IMG/VR virus record: IMGVR_UViG_3300010383_000006
Origin: an uncultured virus (IMG/VR IMGVR_UViG_3300010383_000006)
Lineage: Duplodnaviria; Heunggongvirae; Uroviricota; Caudoviricetes
DNA: 20,000 nucleotides
Reading direction: 5' to 3' (one strand)
Part shown: piece after piece, positions 17,172 through 20,000 of the stretch
How positions within the stretch are numbered: position 1 is the stretch's first letter
How the letters are laid out: each line of letters begins with the position of its first letter
Made by a program: the position numbers and the translations under genes
The notes under the pieces: model-generated
Told to the model about the DNA's origin: nothing
The model's database searches: none
What the model saw: only the letters and a program-made list of their open reading frames with translations

Positions 17172-19999
17172 GGCACCGCGTGATATTGGCCGTCCGCCCC
17201 CAATTCAAAGAGACGGCCGTTCTGCCGCACCTGCTTGGGCTTGGTGGCAGTGTCATGCCCGCTCACCGCCTCCAATTCTTTCTTGGTGTGGGGGTCGAGA
17301 AAATCGTCGAAATTCTTGAGTTTCGTGGTGGCTTCATATTGTCGGCGCAAGCCCTTCATCTGACCGGCCATCAGTTTCTTGAACTCAGTGGTAATGCCGA
17401 GGAGCTGTGCCGGACTCTGCGAATTGGCAGCGCGCCGCGCCATGTCGTCACGGTCATGGAGCGCGGTCTGTCCACCAACCACGGCCTTGGCGATTTCGGC
17501 GCTGACCACCTGCTTGATCGAATCGAAATTGGTGGTCACAGGATTGCCCGTTTGCTGTTTTGCATAATTCACAAGCCTGTTCAGCGCGGGGATGTCACCG
17601 TTTTGCAGCGCGCGGGCAGCGTCCTCAAGGGTGTTGAGATGGTCGATCGCGACGTTGAGCGAGCGCACCGTGCGGCCCTCGGGGCCTCCCGCGAAATTGC
17701 TCACCGCGCGGTTTTTGCCTGTGAACTGGGTCTGGTCGTAATCGGGGTACGCTTGCATGACGTAGCCCAGAATGCGTTCGCGATGACCGCCACGCACCGA
17801 CAGCGACGTCAGCGGGGTCTTGTAGGTCCCGATCGCCTTGACCGTGCCGGCCAGTTGCGGATTGCGCGCCGCCAGTTCGGCGAGGAAGGCGTCACCGGTC
17901 AGTCCCGGATCGATCGGCCCGTTGCTCTTGCCCCCGGCTCCTGGTGCTCCGACATTGGGTGCCGCGACGCCCTGCGTCGTCATGTTGTTCGGGTTGATCC
18001 AGCCGTATTGCTTGATCCCGGTCAGGGGGTCCTCGCCGATCACGCCCCACGTCGGCTTGAACTCCTTGCCTTCGGTCGCGCGGTTGTGACGCTCGGTTTC
18101 AGTCTGCTTGCGAGTTTCCAAAGCCAGTTTCTCGGCCGCATCCTTGGCTTTCTGTGCCAACTCCTGCGCGGTTTTCGCCTGCTCTTGCTCACCCTTTTTA
18201 ACCCCAGCATAGGTTCCGAATCCGGCCAGACCGCCCTCGCCGATGGCGTTGCCGAGATTCGGCGAACGCGACGCCATCATGCCCAGGCCGCCCGCGATCA
18301 GCGCGGCGCGCTCGGCGTTGGTCCACGGAATCAGGATGCCGCTGCGCTCATCGCCGGTCGGGACCGGGCCCACGCCGGGCAGACGGGACTGTGCCGACAG
18401 ATCGGTCGGTGCCCCGGGAGGGACATCGGCCGGAACATCGGGGGCATCATCCTGCGCCACCACCGGGGGGGAGATCGGCCCGACCCCCGGCTTGCCGTCC
18501 GGCCCCGGCAGCGGGTTGGCCTCGCGCCACTCCTGCGTCGCTTCGGCCGACGGCATATGGATCGGATCGAACGGATTGATCGCATCACCGACATCGGTGG
18601 GCGGCTGGAACGGGTCATAGCCCGGGGTGGTGTTATCGCCACCCCAGCGCTCGCCGAATGGTGTGCCGCCGGCGGCAAAGCCCGCGACGCCGCCGCCGCG
18701 GCGGAAACCGGTCCCATAATCCGAGGCGTCGAGCCCGGGCAACGGCTGGCTGCTGCTGCCGCCCCATTCACTGTTGAACACGTTGCCGCCGCCATAGGCT
18801 TCGCCGCTGTACTTGCCCGCGAGGCCCGCCAGACCGGTCGCCGCCTTCATGATGCCCTCGGCGCTGACCCCCGAGCCACCATCACGCGACGAACCCGGCG
18901 AGATCGGCGACGGCGCGCCGCGCCCCGCCGTGATGTTCATCTTCGGCACCCAGCCCTGCGCGGCATCGAACGGCACGCCTGCAACGCCGCCGCCGCTGTC
19001 GAAATGCCCGACCACCCCGCCATGGGCGCGGGCCGCCTCATCGGTGGCACCCTTCACGTCGATGAATTTCAGGCCCGCGACGCCGGGGGCGACCGATTCG
19101 GGATGGCGCTGCTCGACCTCCTGCGCGATCGGCCCGATGTGCCATTCCGGTGATCCCTTGTAACGGTACCGGTAGATGTTCTGGCCGTCGTTCATCTTGC
19201 CGATGTGTTCGATGTCCTCCTTGGCGCGCTCATCCGACAAAAGGCCGAGCGCCGAAACGCCGAGCCCGAGCCACTGCGCCGTCGAGTTCGGCTGCGGCTG
19301 GGTCGAGGTGCCGTAGGACGTGCCACCGAGTTGCGACCCCACGCCGGTCTGCAAGCCCGCCAGCCACTGCAAGGTCTGGAACGGATAGGCCTGTTGCTGC
19401 ATGTACTGACCGTACTGCGCGGTGTCGGCCGCCTGCTGGGTCTGCTGCTGCAGCGTACCCGCCCCGAGTTGCGCGGTCGCCCCCGACAGCGCCGCGCTCT
19501 GTCCGGCGACGCCGAGATTGCCCAGCGAATACGCCGCCGCCTGCTTGCGCTGCTGATCGGCCTGCGCCGCCGCCAGCGCCTGCTGATAGCCCTGCGAGCG
19601 CAGATTGGCGAGCACCGGGGCCTGCGCCAGTTGCTGCTGGCCCGCAAGGTTGGCCTGCGCCACGCCCAGCCGATTGCCGCCCAGCGCGCCCTGCGCCGCC
19701 GCCTGGCTCAACACACCCTGCTGCGCCTGCTGGTTCTGGTTGTTGAACTGTGCCTGCGTCGCGTCGATCACGCTCTGGGTGTAGGGATCCTGATACGCCG
19801 CGATCTGCTCGGGGGAAATCGGATTGGCGGCATCGGTCGCCAGCCCCGCCGCCTGCTGAATGTAAGGCTGCGCGAATCCGGCGTTGGCGTTGATGTTGCC
19901 GATCGCGGTTTGCTGCTGCGCGTTGATCGGCGCGGTCAGTTCGCCGCTGTAGGCCTGATACGGCGTGTTGGCGACCGTCGCGGCGCGCGAAATGAGAGA
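17168..19999 (-). CDS. Large putative DNA ejection/pilot protein: Gln/Ala-rich N-terminal region, internal Peptidase_S74 (intramolecular chaperone autocleavage) domain, Gly/Pro-rich linker, helical C-terminal ejection-like region; 5'-truncated by the window edge
   Basis: Frame is open from 19999 (SLISRAATVANTPYQAYSGELTAP...YQDPYTQSVID), so the 19771 start is not the real one. 'LLSDERAKEDIEHIG...IYRYRYKG...GPIAQEVE...PESV' at 19055-19237 is an S74-like motif. Confidence 0.85.
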   Translation of the reverse strand, partial: SLISRAATVANTPYQAYSGELTAPINAQQQTAIGNINANAGFAQPYIQQAAGLATDAANPISPEQIAAYQDPYTQSVIDATQAQFNNQNQQAQQGVLSQAAAQGALGGNRLGVAQANLAGQQQLAQAPVLANLRSQGYQQALAAAQADQQRKQAAAYSLGNLGVAGQSAALSGATAQLGAGTLQQQTQQAADTAQYGQYMQQQAYPFQTLQWLAGLQTGVGSQLGGTSYGTSTQPQPNSTAQWLGLGVSALGLLSDERAKEDIEHIGKMNDGQNIYRYRYKGSPEWHIGPIAQEVEQRHPESVAPGVAGLKFIDVKGATDEAARAHGGVVGHFDSGGGVAGVPFDAAQGWVPKMNITAGRGAPSPISPGSSRDGGSGVSAEGIMKAATGLAGLAGKYSGEAYGGGNVFNSEWGGSSSQPLPGLDASDYGTGFRRGGGVAGFAAGGTPFGERWGGDNTTPGYDPFQPPTDVGDAINPFDPIHMPSAEATQEWREANPLPGPDGKPGVGPISPPVVAQDDAPDVPADVPPGAPTDLSAQSRLPGVGPVPTGDERSGILIPWTNAERAALIAGGLGMMASRSPNLGNAIGEGGLAGFGTYAGVKKGEQEQAKTAQELAQKAKDAAEKLALETRKQTETERHNRATEGKEFKPTWGVIGEDPLTGIKQYGWINPNNMTTQGVAAPNVGAPGAGGKSNGPIDPGLTGDAFLAELAARNPQLAGTVKAIGTYKTPLTSLSVRGGHRERILGYVMQAYPDYDQTQFTGKNRAVSNFAGGPEGRTVRSLNVAIDHLNTLEDAARALQNGDIPALNRLVNYAKQQTGNPVTTNFDSIKQVVSAEIAKAVVGGQTALHDRDDMARRAANSQSPAQLLGITTEFKKLMAGQMKGLRRQYEATTKLKNFDDFLDPHTKKELEAVSGHDTATKPKQVRQNGRLFELGADGQYHAVP

Positions 20000-20000
20000 A

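Larger units (their letters stand above)
1..20000. mobile_element. Tailed bacteriophage/prophage genome segment: early recombination module (+) converging on ejection-protein and lysis module (-)
   Basis: RecT, DEDDh exonuclease, amidase endolysin with holin-like neighbour, S74-domain Gln/Ala-rich protein and a giant polyvalent protein. Dense ATGA/TGATG/TAATG gene coupling. No host housekeeping genes. No integrase or att site in the window, so prophage versus free phage cannot be decided. Confidence 0.93.

Noticed and set aside
17180..19153. 657-aa + strand ORF, and similar long ORFs at 14608-15753, 10313-11392 and 7669-8436
   Set aside because: Antisense shadows of well-supported - strand genes. 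High GC suppresses stop codons, and they show no recognisable motifs.
19055..19237. Calling the S74-containing gene a tail fibre or tailspike
   Set aside because: The flanking sequence is Gln/Ala-rich and helical with no beta-helix or fibre repeats, and the context is ejection proteins.
1..20000. CRISPR arrays, tRNA/rRNA genes, IS elements, DGR template/variable repeats, att sites
   Set aside because: None seen. The window is almost entirely coding, with no regularly spaced DNA repeats, transposase, integrase or reverse transcriptase.

Overview
High-GC segment of a tailed dsDNA phage or prophage genome. The layout is podovirus-like and an alphaproteobacterial host is my inference. Two convergent, tightly coupled gene blocks meet at about 6850. 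Plus strand (1-6850): an early recombination/DNA-metabolism operon with RecT, a DUF1367/NinB-like protein, a HerA/DUF87-type ATPase with duplicated C-terminal winged-helix-like repeats, a DEDDh 3'-5' exonuclease, a stand-alone DnaA-domain-IV-like HTH and small coiled-coil proteins. Minus strand (20000-6847): two large putative ejection proteins followed by a lysis cassette (amidase endolysin, holin-like protein, lipoprotein, membrane proteins). The ORF track splits 17171-9608 into three pieces at N-gaps, but it is very probably one ~2,500-aa polyvalent protein. Its modules are InPase-like, a 'GNIDL' domain, tandem HiPIP-like Cys4 units, two ART-like domains, a large 'EEIQSDW' domain and a C-terminal ejection-protein-like region. 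The modules are delimited by two recurring linker motifs, R-A-x-G-G-R-V (4 copies) and L-[LYF]-x-D-x4-G-[AT]-P-L-[SA]-A-[LM] (3 copies). Similar GG motifs follow an internal S74 autocleavage domain in the upstream protein. Together this suggests an injected, motif-punctuated effector polyprotein system. All domain calls are from motif recognition by eye; no searches were run.
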